Positions 18,853 to 28,281 of a DNA stretch of 64,000 nt are shown piece after piece; the stretch's first letter is position 1; the number at the start of each line of letters is the position of its first letter. A program made the position numbers and the translations under genes. The stretch is taken from contig OZ242180.1 in assembly GCA_965205485.1 (NCBI GenBank), forward strand, positions 288,001 to 352,000, read 5' to 3'. Below the pieces are notes generated by a model. It had not been told where the DNA came from. It did no database searches and saw only the letters and a program-made list of their open reading frames with translations. The DNA is from Candidatus Latescibacterota bacterium (GTDB lineage: Bacteria; Latescibacterota; UBA2968; GCA-2709665).

Positions 18853-18907
18853 GCTGACATCGACAGGTTTGTTTTTGATTCAAGCTGATTGCTGACGGCT
18901 GATAGCT
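18853..18907 (+). repeat. Lead-in plus GCTGAYR heptamer array
   Basis: gctgacatc...ttgattcaagctgattgctgacggctgatagct; closely matches 50301-50364. Confidence 0.75.
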
Positions 18908-18915
18908 TTCTCTAT

Positions 18916-19260
18916 ATGATCTCAACCGCTCTATACGTCCTTGTATTCGGCCTGATCGCCGGCCTTACGCTACCGTGGTGGGGCATCGGCGTGGCAGGAT
19001 TCACAGCCGGGTTCTGGAAGTCGCCAACCGCGTGGAAAGCGCTGGGCGCGGGTTTCAGCGGCGCAGCGATCCTGTGGCTGGCGGCCGCTGGCTATATCCA
19101 CCTTAAATCCGGCGGCATTCTCACGGCGAAGATCGCCGGCATTGCAGGCCTTTCGGATCCATCCCTGCTGGTCGTAACAACGGCGCTGATCGGGGGCCTT
19201 GTCGCGGCGCTCGCCGCGGCGACGGGATACCATCTGAGATCGCTGCTGAAGAAATCCTGA
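18916..19260 (+). CDS. Small hypothetical membrane protein
   Basis: Highly hydrophobic 114-aa ORF with LPWWG motif. Confidence 0.75.
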   Translation: MISTALYVLVFGLIAGLTLPWWGIGVAGFTAGFWKSPTAWKALGAGFSGAAILWLAAAGYIHLKSGGILTAKIAGIAGLSDPSLLVVTTALIGGLVAALAAATGYHLRSLLKKS

Positions 19261-19275
19261 CATCGGGAATCGCGA

Positions 19276-19300
19276 GGGCGACCACAAGAGTCGCCCTTAC
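19276..19300 (-). repeat. GTAG-type REP palindrome (variant)
   Basis: gggcgaccacaagagtcgcccttac. Confidence 0.75.
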
Positions 19301-19359
19301 ATTTGAGACACAAGCGTCAGGATCAACTGACCCATGTGGCGCAACCCGTAGTTTTCCAC

Positions 19360-19381
19360 CCTCTCTCCCGCGGGAGAGAGG
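19360..19381. repeat. Perfect 22-bp palindrome, REP-like
   Basis: cctctctcccgcgggagagagg. Confidence 0.7.
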
Positions 19382-19437
19382 TCGCCATTTGCGGTCGCAC
19401 CATTCTGGCACTGACATCAATAATTGGCATCGCGCAT

Positions 19438-19488
19438 CCGTTTCGCTAACCGGTTTGGCTGAAAGCTGATGGCTGATGGCTGACAGCT
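19438..19488 (+). repeat. Lead-in plus GCTGAYR heptamer array
   Basis: ccgtttcgctaaccggtttg-gctgaaa-gctgatg-gctgatg-gctgaca-gct. Confidence 0.8.
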
Positions 19489-19583
19489 TGTTTCCTGGCC
19501 GCTGACCGCTGGCCTCTGCCTTTCCCTTTGTGTCTTTGTTTCTTTGTGCCTATGTGTGAGCCGATTCTTGCGTGCAGAACGAC

Positions 19584-19607
19584 GGGCGACCGGCCGGTCG
19601 CCCCTAC
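19584..19607 (-). repeat. GTAG-type REP palindrome
   Basis: gggcgaccggccggtcgcccctac. Confidence 0.8.
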
Positions 19608-19650
19608 AAATCCGATACGGGCGCGGATATCACCGGTGAACGTTGCTGAA

Positions 19651-19702
19651 CCGTATCGTTAACCGGTTTTGGCTGACGGCTGATAGCTGACGGCTGACAG
19701 CT
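19651..19702 (+). repeat. Lead-in plus GCTGAYR heptamer array
   Basis: ccgtatcgttaaccggttttg-gctgacg-gctgata-gctgacg-gctgaca-gct. Confidence 0.8.
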
Positions 19703-19720
19703 TAAAAACGAAGTTTGATA

Positions 19721-19749
19721 TTGACAAATCCCCGGAGAAAATCTATCTT
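19721..19749 (+). promoter_or_regulatory. Putative sigma70 promoter for ndk
   Basis: TTGACA-17 nt-TATCTT. Confidence 0.6.
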
Positions 19750-19812
19750 CTTCATCTTCAGCGTGATACGCGAACTTGACTCCTCGAACCCGGATGGAAA
19801 GCGCGGGCGTCG

Positions 19813-20223
19813 ATGCCTGAAAACACATTGCTGATCATCAAACCGGACGCGGTTTCCCGGAATGCCATCGGCGCCATCGTCAAACGCGTGGAAGACAAAG
19901 GGTTCAGGATTCGACAGTTGAGAATGACGCGATTCACCCGCGAGGAGGCCACCCGGTTCTACGCCGTACACGAGGGACAACCATTTTTTGACGGCCTGAT
20001 CGATTTCATGTCTTCGGGTCCCATCGTGCCGCTGGCGCTGGAGCGGGAAGACGCGGTGTCGATCCTGCGCGAAATCATTGGCGTAACCGATTCGGCGAAA
20101 GCCGCTGAAGGCACCATTCGCAGGGATTTCGGCACAACCGTACAGCGCAACGCCGTGCACGCGTCGGACTCGCCGGAAACAGCGACATGGGAGATTGCCT
20201 TTTTCTTCGGAGAAGACGCTTAG
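19813..20223 (+). CDS. ndk: Nucleoside diphosphate kinase
   Basis: TLLIIKPDAV, FMSSGP, GTIR, NAVHASDS. Confidence 0.97.
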   Translation: MPENTLLIIKPDAVSRNAIGAIVKRVEDKGFRIRQLRMTRFTREEATRFYAVHEGQPFFDGLIDFMSSGPIVPLALEREDAVSILREIIGVTDSAKAAEGTIRRDFGTTVQRNAVHASDSPETATWEIAFFFGEDA

Positions 20224-20235
20224 CCTTAATTCCGC

Positions 20236-20417
20236 AAAAACAGCAACGCGGCGACGCGATAAAACCCTCCGAAACAGGGCGATATCGACGTTTAGAAGGA
20301 CGTTTTTTCCGTTCACGTCCAGTGACTTGGTGTATCCTGGAAATCCGCCGTCTAATCGCCTTTATTTACAAGCACATATTCGAATTAACGTCCCCGAAGA
20401 CTTAGGAATCAAGGTTA
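20236..20417. repeat. ~180-bp conserved intergenic element, copy 1
   Basis: Ungapped similarity to 32266-32447, including identical gataaaaccctccgaaacaggg and acgtccagtgacttggtgtatcctgg. Confidence 0.85.
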
Positions 20418-20452
20418 GAACGGACACGCGTAATCCAAATGGACACCTTTCG

Positions 20453-20965
20453 ATGATTGTCGCACTCAACGAACTCGAAGAAGGCACGGCCAGTCTGGAC
20501 TGGGAAGAAACTCCCGAAGAGTTGCACATCCAGGATGAAGATCTGCAATTTGTGGGTCCCATCAAGACGCGTATCAAGTTCGTCAAGATAGGCGAATCCA
20601 TATCTGCAAGCGGCCGGACGAATGCCGACCTTCGGCTCGAGTGCGTGCGATGCCTGGAACCCGTTTCGTTCTCCCTCTCCTCCGATTTCAAATTCGTCTT
20701 CCAGAAAAACCGTCCGGAATCCATGGCAGATGATGAAGACGAAACGATGATCTGGCTGGACGAATCCGGAGACAAAGTCGACCTCGGCGAAGAAATCAAG
20801 GACTACATACTGCTGGAAATGCCGTTGAATCCCCTGTGCAAGACGTCCTGCGAGGGGCTTTGCTCAATTTGCGGTGAGAACCTCAACCTGACGCAGTGCA
20901 ACTGTTCGTCAACTCAGATCGACCCCCGTTGGGAAGCCCTGCGAGCGTTGAAAGAACAATCCTGA
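20453..20965 (+). CDS. yceD: DUF177/YceD family protein
   Basis: [27 protein letters not shown]; upstream of rpmF. Confidence 0.9.
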   Translation: MIVALNELEEGTASLDWEETPEELHIQDEDLQFVGPIKTRIKFVKIGESISASGRTNADLRLECVRCLEPVSFSLSSDFKFVFQKNRPESMADDEDETMIWLDESGDKVDLGEEIKDYILLEMPLNPLCKTSCEGLCSICGENLNLTQCNCSSTQIDPRWEALRALKEQS

Positions 20966-20979
20966 AGGAGCATTTCAAA

Positions 20980-21162
20980 ATGGCACACCCGAAACGCAGG
21001 AGTTCCAATTCCAGAACCGGCAAGCGACGGACCCACTGGAAGCTTTCGAGACCCGCTTTCTCTGAATGTCCCAACTGCGGCCAGCCTCGCAGGCCTCACC
21101 GGGTCTGCTCGAACTGCGGCCAATACAACGGACGTGAAGTAACCGAAGGCGAAAGCGTCTGA
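20980..21162 (+). CDS. rpmF: 50S ribosomal protein L32
   Basis: [41 protein letters not shown]. Confidence 0.97.
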   Translation: MAHPKRRSSNSRTGKRRTHWKLSRPAFSECPNCGQPRRPHRVCSNCGQYNGREVTEGESV

Positions 21163-21218
21163 TCTCCGGAACGAGCGGCGTAACCCGATAACGAATCCCC
21201 CAATCGTCACCCTTGCCT

Positions 21219-22214
21219 ATGAAAAAAAAAGTCAATGCTTCCGTCACCGGCGTCTCCCGCTTTCTCCCCGAACGCCGGCTGACGAATGCCGACCTTGAAC
21301 ACATGGTGGATACTTCGGACGAATGGATTCGATCACGAACGGGTATTGCAGAACGCCGTATTCTCGACGACGGCCTGGGCGCCTCTCACATGGCCGCCCG
21401 GGCGATGGAGTCCCTGCTCGAACAAAAGGGTCTGGATGCGAATGAAATCGATCTGATTATCGTTGCAACGGTCACGCCTGACATGGTCTATCCCGCCACC
21501 GCGTGCCTGGTGCAGCACGAGGTGGGGGCCGGGAACGCGTGGGGGTTCGACCTCTCCGCGGCATGCTGCGGGTTCCTGTACGCGCTGGTCGTAGGCGGAC
21601 AGTTTGTGGAAAGCGGAGCGCACAGGAGAGTGGTGGTCATCGGCTCCGACAAAATGAGCTCCGTTGTCGACTACACCAACCGTGAGACCTGCGTCTTGTT
21701 CGGGGACGGCGCGGGGGCTGTCCTCCTGGAACCCGACGAGACCGGCGCCGGCATCCAGGACTTCATCCTGAACGTGGACGGATCCGGCGGCCAGTATCTG
21801 TGCCAACCGGCCGGCGGCAGTCTGCATCCCGCAAGCCACGAAACCGTTGACAAGAAAATGCACTACGTTCACCAGGACGGGCCTCGCGTCCTCAAGTTCG
21901 CCAGCAGCAGCATGGCCGCGGTTTCAGCGGAACTGCTGGAACGAAACGGACTCAGCGGCGACGATATCGCACTGCTGGTACCGCACCAGGCGAATAAACG
22001 CATCATCGACGCGACGGCGCGCCGAATGAAGCTGGCGCCGGAACGCGTACTGGTCAACATCGACAGATACGCGAACACGACCTGCGGCACAATCCCAATC
22101 GCCCTATCCGAAGCGGTCGAACAGGAACGTGTGAAGCGGGGCGACTACATTGTCGTGTCAAGCGCCGGAGCCGGCTATACCTGGGGAAGCGCCCTGCTGA
22201 AGTGGGCGTATTGA
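21219..22214 (+). CDS. fabH: Beta-ketoacyl-ACP synthase III
   Basis: DTSDEWIRSRTGI, AACCGF, LFGDGAGA, PHQAN, ANT. Confidence 0.95.
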   Translation: MKKKVNASVTGVSRFLPERRLTNADLEHMVDTSDEWIRSRTGIAERRILDDGLGASHMAARAMESLLEQKGLDANEIDLIIVATVTPDMVYPATACLVQHEVGAGNAWGFDLSAACCGFLYALVVGGQFVESGAHRRVVVIGSDKMSSVVDYTNRETCVLFGDGAGAVLLEPDETGAGIQDFILNVDGSGGQYLCQPAGGSLHPASHETVDKKMHYVHQDGPRVLKFASSSMAAVSAELLERNGLSGDDIALLVPHQANKRIIDATARRMKLAPERVLVNIDRYANTTCGTIPIALSEAVEQERVKRGDYIVVSSAGAGYTWGSALLKWAY

Positions 22215-22262
22215 TCGGAGTCGATGGTTGGAATCCACAAGCAGGTACGTTTTTGGACCGTC

Positions 22263-23183
22263 ATGTCCCTAGCATTCTTATTTCCCGGCCAGGGCGCGCA
22301 ATACGTGGGGATGGCCAGCGATCTTTACAGCGCCTCACCGATCGCACAGTACGTATTCAATCTGACCGACCGCATCTCCGAGACCGGTCTCAAGACATTC
22401 TGTTTCGACGGTCCGGAAGAATCCCTGAAACAGACGGCCATCACGCAGCCGGCCATCTTCGCGCACAGCATTTCGGTATTTGAAATCCTGAGAGACAGGG
22501 GCATCAACCCGGATTTCGTGGCCGGACACAGCGTGGGAGAACTGGCGGCCCTTGTCGCCGCCGGGGTCATGTCCCTGGAAGACGGTGTGCGCATCGTGGG
22601 AATACGCGGGCGGGCCATGCACGCGGCGGGGAAAATGCACCCCGGCACGATGGCGGCCATCATAGGCCTGGAAGACAGTGCGGTCGTGGACATCTGTGAA
22701 TCGCCTGGGACGGGTGTGGTGGTCGTGCCCGCAAACTTCAACTGCCCCGGCCAGGTCGTCATTTCGGGTGAGCCGACGGCCGTGAAACGGGCCATGATCA
22801 AGGCATCGGATGAGGGCGCCAGGAGGGTTGTCGAACTCCAGGTCAGCGGCGCCTTTCACTCGGGCCTTATGCAATCCGCCCTGGGCACGCTTGAAGGCGC
22901 CCTCGCGAACGTTCCATTCTCACCGGCGCGCATTCCGGTGGTGCCGAATACGACGGCGGAACCCACGACCGATCCGGACGTACTCAAAGACCTTCTCATC
23001 AAACAGGTTGTCTCCCCCGTCCGATGGACGGATTCAATGGCGCGGCTCGTTTCGGAAGGTGTTGACCGCGCGATCGAAGCTGGCCCCGGAAGTACGTTGA
23101 AAGCCCTGATGCGGCGCATCGAAAAGGGGGTCGCCGTAACGTCCGTCGGAACCCTCGAGGACCTGGACAGTCTTACGGTATGA
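22263..23183 (+). CDS. fabD: Malonyl-CoA:ACP transacylase
   Basis: FPGQGAQ, TQPAI, GHSVGE, VSGAFHS. Confidence 0.95.
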   Translation: MSLAFLFPGQGAQYVGMASDLYSASPIAQYVFNLTDRISETGLKTFCFDGPEESLKQTAITQPAIFAHSISVFEILRDRGINPDFVAGHSVGELAALVAAGVMSLEDGVRIVGIRGRAMHAAGKMHPGTMAAIIGLEDSAVVDICESPGTGVVVVPANFNCPGQVVISGEPTAVKRAMIKASDEGARRVVELQVSGAFHSGLMQSALGTLEGALANVPFSPARIPVVPNTTAEPTTDPDVLKDLLIKQVVSPVRWTDSMARLVSEGVDRAIEAGPGSTLKALMRRIEKGVAVTSVGTLEDLDSLTV

Positions 23184-23926
23184 ATCGACTCAAGGACAAG
23201 ACCGCGATCGTCACGGGCGGGTCCCGCGGCATCGGCGAGGCCATCGCCGGCCGCCTGGCCGAAGAAGGCGCAAGGGTGGCGGTGTGCGCCAGCCGGACCC
23301 TCGAAAGCGCACTGGCGGTGGCGGAAGCCATCGAGAGCCGCGGCGGGAGCGCGTTCGCGCTGAAGGCGGACGTTTCGAACGCCACCGACGTCGCCGAGCT
23401 TTTCAAGTCCGTCCTGGACCGCTGGGGCGGGGTGGACGTTCTGGTCAACAATGCCGGAATTACGCGCGACGGTTTACTGATGCGACTGAAGCCGGGGGAC
23501 TGGGACGACGTTCTCAACGTCAACCTCAAGGGCGCATTTCTGTGTACACAGGCCGCCGTAAGACCGATGATGAGGGCGCGGTCCGGTCGGATCATCAATA
23601 TCTCATCCGTAACGGGGTTGATGGGAAACCCGGGACAGGCCGGGTACACCGCCGCGAAATCCGGGCTTATCGGCCTGACAAAAACCACCGCGAAAGAACT
23701 GGCGAGCAGGGGCATCACTGCCAACGTGGTGGCGCCCGGATATATCCCCACCGAAATGACGGAAAAGCTCCCTGAACAACTCAAAGAGAAGATTCTCGAA
23801 CAGGTCCCCCTGGGCACACCGGGAACACCCGAAGATGTCGCGGCGGCGGTCGCGTTTCTGGCCTCCGGCGACGCTGCATATATCACCGGGCAGGTCCTGG
23901 TCGTGGACGGCGGGATGGTCATGTAA
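23180..23926 (+). CDS. fabG: 3-oxoacyl-ACP reductase
   Basis: [26 protein letters not shown]. Confidence 0.95.
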   Translation: MNRLKDKTAIVTGGSRGIGEAIAGRLAEEGARVAVCASRTLESALAVAEAIESRGGSAFALKADVSNATDVAELFKSVLDRWGGVDVLVNNAGITRDGLLMRLKPGDWDDVLNVNLKGAFLCTQAAVRPMMRARSGRIINISSVTGLMGNPGQAGYTAAKSGLIGLTKTTAKELASRGITANVVAPGYIPTEMTEKLPEQLKEKILEQVPLGTPGTPEDVAAAVAFLASGDAAYITGQVLVVDGGMVM

Positions 23927-24009
23927 GCCGAACTGAACCGTCTGGCGACAGACGCGAACGGAGAGTCGCGCCGGGGTGTACAGTGCGACAAAAAAGGGAG
24001 ACAGTTGCC

Positions 24010-24252
24010 ATGGCTGAAGATATTCAGCAGAAAGTCGTCGATCTCATCGTTGATCAGTTGGGCGTGGATGCCGACAGCGTAACACCGGAAGCCCATTTCA
24101 TAGATGATCTTGGCGCAGATTCCCTCGACACGGTCGAACTGGTGATGGCCTTCGAAGAGGAATTCGATATGGAAGTTCCGGATGAAGACGCCGAGAAGCT
24201 GGAGACCGTCAGCGACGTCACGGTTTATCTCAAGCAACGCCTGAACGAATAG
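24010..24252 (+). CDS. acpP: Acyl carrier protein
   Basis: [20 protein letters not shown]. Confidence 0.97.
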   Translation: MAEDIQQKVVDLIVDQLGVDADSVTPEAHFIDDLGADSLDTVELVMAFEEEFDMEVPDEDAEKLETVSDVTVYLKQRLNE

Positions 24253-24411
24253 CCGGCCGCAGACGGGACGGGCAGTTTCAACGGCTGGCGGCGCCCGTGA
24301 AGCGACGTCTCGACGTCAGGACTTGAGCGCAAGACACACGGTGGGCGTGGATTGTTCGACGATGCCGAAGTTCCGTGCCGATGCAAACACGATACCAGGG
24401 AGAAGGTGCCC

Positions 24412-25665
24412 TTGAACGGAAACCGAAGGGTTGTGGTGACAGGCCTCGGCGTCCTCGCGCCGAACGGATTGAACACCGAAGCCTACTGGGAGGCGTTGCT
24501 CAATGGAGAGAGCGGCGTCGATCACATCGGCAGATTCGATACGACGGGATTCAGGGTTACGTTCGGCGCCGAATTGAAGGATTTCGACGCCCAACGGTTC
24601 GGTCTCGACCGTAGACTGGCCAGGCGCAACGATCTGTGCACCCAGTATGCCATCTGTTGCGCGCAAATGGCTGTAACGGACGCCGACCTGGACGTGGACG
24701 CCGGAAACCCCGACCGGATGGGCGTGGTTTTCGGCTCGGGCATCGGAGGTATCTGGACCTTCGAAGATCAACACACCGTCCTCCTCGAGAAAGGCGCCCG
24801 GCGGATCAGCCCGTTCTTCATCCCCATGATGATTCCGGACATGACGTCGGGGCAGGTTTCCATCCTGCTCGGCGCCAGAGGGCCGAACTATACCACCGTG
24901 TCCGCCTGTTCCTCGGCCGCCCACGCCATCGGATGCGCCTTCAGGGAAATCCGCCACGACGAAGCCGACGTCATGGTTACCGGCGGCGCCGAAGCGGCCG
25001 TCAGCGCCATGTCGCTGGGGGGTTTCGCTTCGATGAAGGCGCTTTCCACGCGCAACGAGGACCCGCAAGCGGCCAGCCGTCCTTTCGACCTGGAGCGTGA
25101 CGGATTCGTGCTTGGCGAGGGGTCCGGCGCGCTCATACTCGAAGAACTGCAACACGCGCGGCGGCGGGGCGCACGAATCTACGCAGAGATTTCAGGAGCG
25201 GGTTTCACTGCCGATGCGTATCACGTCACCGACATGGCCCCGGGCGGCGAGGGCGGCGCACGGGCGATGAGAATCGCACTGAACCAGGCAGGGCTGAACC
25301 CGGAGGACGTGGACTACATCAATGCCCACGGCACGTCGACCCCGATCGGCGACCGGACCGAAACCGCGGCCATTAAATCCGTCCTGGGAGATCACGCGCG
25401 ACAAGCTGCGGTCAGCTCCACCAAATCCATGACGGGCCATCTGCTGGGCGCCTCCGGCGCGATCGAGAGCATCGCCTGCCTCCTGGCCATCCATCACGGC
25501 CGCGTGCCACCCACCATCAACTACGAACATCCCGATCCGGAGTGCGACCTGGACTACGTGCCCAACACGGCACGGGAAATGCCGGTCCGCGTGGCCATGA
25601 ACAACTCCTTCGGGTTCGGCGGGCACAACGCCGTGCTCGCGATGCGCAGCTACGACGGCCGATAA
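24412..25665 (+). CDS. fabF: Beta-ketoacyl-ACP synthase II
   Basis: RRVVVTGLG, SACSS, NAHGTST, KSMTGHLLG, NNSFGFGGHN; start at TTG 24412 or GTG 24406. Confidence 0.95.
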   Translation: MNGNRRVVVTGLGVLAPNGLNTEAYWEALLNGESGVDHIGRFDTTGFRVTFGAELKDFDAQRFGLDRRLARRNDLCTQYAICCAQMAVTDADLDVDAGNPDRMGVVFGSGIGGIWTFEDQHTVLLEKGARRISPFFIPMMIPDMTSGQVSILLGARGPNYTTVSACSSAAHAIGCAFREIRHDEADVMVTGGAEAAVSAMSLGGFASMKALSTRNEDPQAASRPFDLERDGFVLGEGSGALILEELQHARRRGARIYAEISGAGFTADAYHVTDMAPGGEGGARAMRIALNQAGLNPEDVDYINAHGTSTPIGDRTETAAIKSVLGDHARQAAVSSTKSMTGHLLGASGAIESIACLLAIHHGRVPPTINYEHPDPECDLDYVPNTAREMPVRVAMNNSFGFGGHNAVLAMRSYDGR

Positions 25666-25683
25666 TCCCCGCAGGTAAAGCTC

Positions 25684-26433
25684 ATCGGACTTGTTAAAAT
25701 CAGACATACGGTTGCACGCTGGCTCGGGCGCGACCGGGTAGCGCACACACCGGAAAGTCTCCAGGAAAAACTCGGCTATCGTTTTTCGGATCCCGATCTC
25801 CTGGTCCAGGCGATCAAACACCGCTCCTACGTCTACGCCGTTGACGAAGGGAGCATCGCTTCGAACGAACGGCTCGAGTTTCTCGGCGACGCCGTACTGG
25901 ACCTGCTGGTCACGGAAAACCTCTATCGGAAGTTTCAGAACAAACGTGAGGGCGACCTCACGCAGATCAAATCCGTACTCGTCAGCAAAGTCATTCTCGC
26001 GCAACGGGGCCGCGCAATCGGACTCGGTCACCACATCCTGCTCAGCAGGGAAGAAGACCTGGCGGGAGGAAGAGACCGGACGTCGATCATCGGAGATGCT
26101 TTCGAGGCAATTCTGGGCGCCGTCTATCTCGACGGCGGCCTCAAGGCCGCGGACGCCTTCGTTCAGCGCCACCTCCTGAGCAACATCGAGGGAATTGTCG
26201 CCAATAGCAGCTTTCTCAACTTCAAGAGCGTCCTTCTGGAGCATACGCAGGGGGAAGGCCGGGGACACCCCCGCTACCTGGTCAGCTCGGAAGAGGGTCC
26301 GGACCACCACAAGACGTTCAGTGTCGAGGTGTTGATCGCCGGCGAACGAATGGGCTTCGGAAAGGGACGAAGCAAGAAGGAGGCGCAACAGATGGCGGCG
26401 AAAGAGGCGTTGCAGAAGCTGGGAGTCTCCTGA
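25684..26433 (+). CDS. rnc: Ribonuclease III (start uncertain; absent from the ORF track)
   Basis: Frame 1 reads LQEKLGYRF..HRSY..SNERLEFLGDAVL..GDAFEAILGA, with dsRBD GPDHHKTF..GKGRSKKEAQQMAA. Confidence 0.9.
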   Translation: MGLVKIRHTVARWLGRDRVAHTPESLQEKLGYRFSDPDLLVQAIKHRSYVYAVDEGSIASNERLEFLGDAVLDLLVTENLYRKFQNKREGDLTQIKSVLVSKVILAQRGRAIGLGHHILLSREEDLAGGRDRTSIIGDAFEAILGAVYLDGGLKAADAFVQRHLLSNIEGIVANSSFLNFKSVLLEHTQGEGRGHPRYLVSSEEGPDHHKTFSVEVLIAGERMGFGKGRSKKEAQQMAAKEALQKLGVS

Positions 26434-26436
26434 TTC

Positions 26437-27312
26437 ATGCAGGAAACCGGATCGCGTTCATGGCGTTTCCTGAACACCGGGTCGGGGAACGCCTTTTTCA
26501 ATATGGCCGTGGACGAAGCCATCGTGCGCGGCGTTGAGGCGGATACGTCGCCGCCCACGGTACGGACGTTCGGCTGGACGCCGCCCGCGGTCTCTTTCGG
26601 ATACGCCCAGAGGATCGGCCGCGAAGTCGACGCGGACCGATGCCGGCAGCGCGGCATCCACCTGGTCCGCCGGCCGAGCGGTGGGCGCGCCGTCCTCCAC
26701 TGGAACGAACTCACGTACAGCGTCACCTGCCGCGCCGACGACCCGCTGCTGGGCGGCTCCATTCAGGAGTCCTACCGGAAAATCAGCGCCTGCCTGGTTG
26801 CAAGCCTGCGACTTCTGGGCGTGGACGCCCGATTCGAGCCGCGACGCAATCCGGTTTCGTCTCCCCGCGGAGAAGGCCTCACTTCGCCCTGTTTTTCGAG
26901 TACCACGCAATACGAGGTTACGATTCACGACCGGAAGATCATAGGCAGCGCCCAGCGGCGTCTGGGCGGCGTGCTGCTTCAACACGGCTCGCTGCTTCTG
27001 GGTCCGGAACACAAGCGTCTCATCGAACTCATGCCGGACCGTCGCGAGCCCCTGAAGGAACGCTTTCGTCGGGAACTGGACCGGCACACCGTCTCCCTTG
27101 CGGAAGTGGGCCGCCCCTCGGACTTCAACACCGTGGCGCGCGCACTGCGGGACGGTTTTGTAGAGACCCTGGGCATCTGCCTGACAGGAGCGACGTTGTC
27201 TCCCGAGGAAACCGCAGACGCCGAACATCTCGTTGAAACCAGGTACGGCACGGAATCCTGGAACCTGGGCGACGGCCTGCGCCAACCCCGCATCGTCCGC
27301 CGCATCATATAG
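26437..27312 (+). CDS. Lipoate-protein ligase A family protein (LipM-like octanoyltransferase)
   Basis: NMAVDEA, VRRPSGGRAVLH, KIIGSAQ, LQHGS. Confidence 0.88.
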   Translation: MQETGSRSWRFLNTGSGNAFFNMAVDEAIVRGVEADTSPPTVRTFGWTPPAVSFGYAQRIGREVDADRCRQRGIHLVRRPSGGRAVLHWNELTYSVTCRADDPLLGGSIQESYRKISACLVASLRLLGVDARFEPRRNPVSSPRGEGLTSPCFSSTTQYEVTIHDRKIIGSAQRRLGGVLLQHGSLLLGPEHKRLIELMPDRREPLKERFRRELDRHTVSLAEVGRPSDFNTVARALRDGFVETLGICLTGATLSPEETADAEHLVETRYGTESWNLGDGLRQPRIVRRII

Positions 27313-27360
27313 CGTCAATTCGAAGAATCAGCCTGGCCGTCTCCTTGCCGACTCCCATAA

Positions 27361-27520
27361 CAGCCCGTTGAAAAAGTCCATCCGGGCTACGGCCGGCCCT
27401 TGCGGTCGAAATACGGCGTTGCGCTCCCTCGCCGAATCGAGGGATGGGACTCGGTCGCGCGCCTTGTCTTCGACCACAATGACTCGGCCTCGCCTGCAGA
27501 GCGACTTTATCAACGGACTG
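27361..27520. mobile_element. 160-bp MITE-like element with terminal inverted repeats
   Basis: Ends cagcccgttgaaaaagtc and gactttatcaacggactg; second copy inverted at 30059-30382. Confidence 0.85.
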
Positions 27521-27527
27521 ATAAAGC

Positions 27528-27968
27528 ATGGACAAACCGAAGACGTCCGAATCGGCACCTGAACTCCGCTGGTCGGTCCATCCCCTCCTCGAAGAACCGC
27601 CCGCGAAAACCGGCCTGCTCATCCTGGTCATCCTGGCGCTGTCGGTTCTGATTGCCATTGAATTCGGCGTGCCGGCGTACGGTTTTCTTTCGACGGCGCT
27701 GCTCACGGCATCCATGTCCCGTTACTTTCTCCCCACGCGATACGCGCTCCTGGAGAGGCATATCCTTATAGCGCACCTTGGCGCGCGGCGGACCATTCCG
27801 TGGAACCGGATTCGCCGGCATACCGTCGTCCCGGACGGCGTCCTTCTCAGCCCGTTCGCCCGTCCAAACAGGCTCGATCCGTTTCGAGGCTGTTTCCTGC
27901 GCGTTCGTGACAATCGGGAGAAAATCATCGAGTATGTCCAGACCCGCCTCGCGGATGCAGCGCCTTAG
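27528..27968 (+). CDS. Hypothetical membrane protein (2 TM plus PH-like region)
   Basis: Two hydrophobic segments, YFLPTRY, LSPFARPNRLDPFRG; overlaps the next gene. Confidence 0.75.
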   Translation: MDKPKTSESAPELRWSVHPLLEEPPAKTGLLILVILALSVLIAIEFGVPAYGFLSTALLTASMSRYFLPTRYALLERHILIAHLGARRTIPWNRIRRHTVVPDGVLLSPFARPNRLDPFRGCFLRVRDNREKIIEYVQTRLADAAP

Positions 27969-28281
27969 AACCTGGTGCGAACACGCTTTCGCTGTCAACC
28001 CTCCGGAGAGCCGAATCACGGAGGAAGAACGCGCTCTGGCTGCCAAAATGGCGGAATTCGTCGTTCGCCGGCAGATGACCACACCCGCGTTGATGGTTCT
28101 GGAAGCCGGCAGGCCGTTCAACTTTATAGGCAGTCAGTTTTTGGCTTTTCTTTCCCCCTTTGTCACACTTATCTTCTCAGGCGCGGAATACGGTCGATTC
28201 GTGCGTTTTCTGGAGAAACGACAGAGCGTCCAGACACTGATCGATACCCTTGTGGAGACGGAAAACAGACGGAATGGATAG
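27955..28281 (+). CDS. Conserved hypothetical protein
   Basis: VVRRQMTTPALMVLEAGRPFNFIGSQF; overlaps genes on both sides. Confidence 0.75.
   Translation: MQRLRTWCEHAFAVNPPESRITEEERALAAKMAEFVVRRQMTTPALMVLEAGRPFNFIGSQFLAFLSPFVTLIFSGAEYGRFVRFLEKRQSVQTLIDTLVETENRRNG

Noticed and set aside
20195..20452. N-terminal extension of YceD in the ORF track
   Set aside because: Runs through the ndk end and the intergenic repeat; the family-like sequence starts at 20453
21222..21230. A9 tract at the fabH start as a phase-variation site
   Set aside because: In frame (KKK) in a probably essential gene; A-rich 5' codons are common
25192..26388. 398-aa minus-strand ORF and 25841-26179 plus-strand ORF
   Set aside because: The true coding frame is RNase III in plus frame 1, shown by NERLEFLGD
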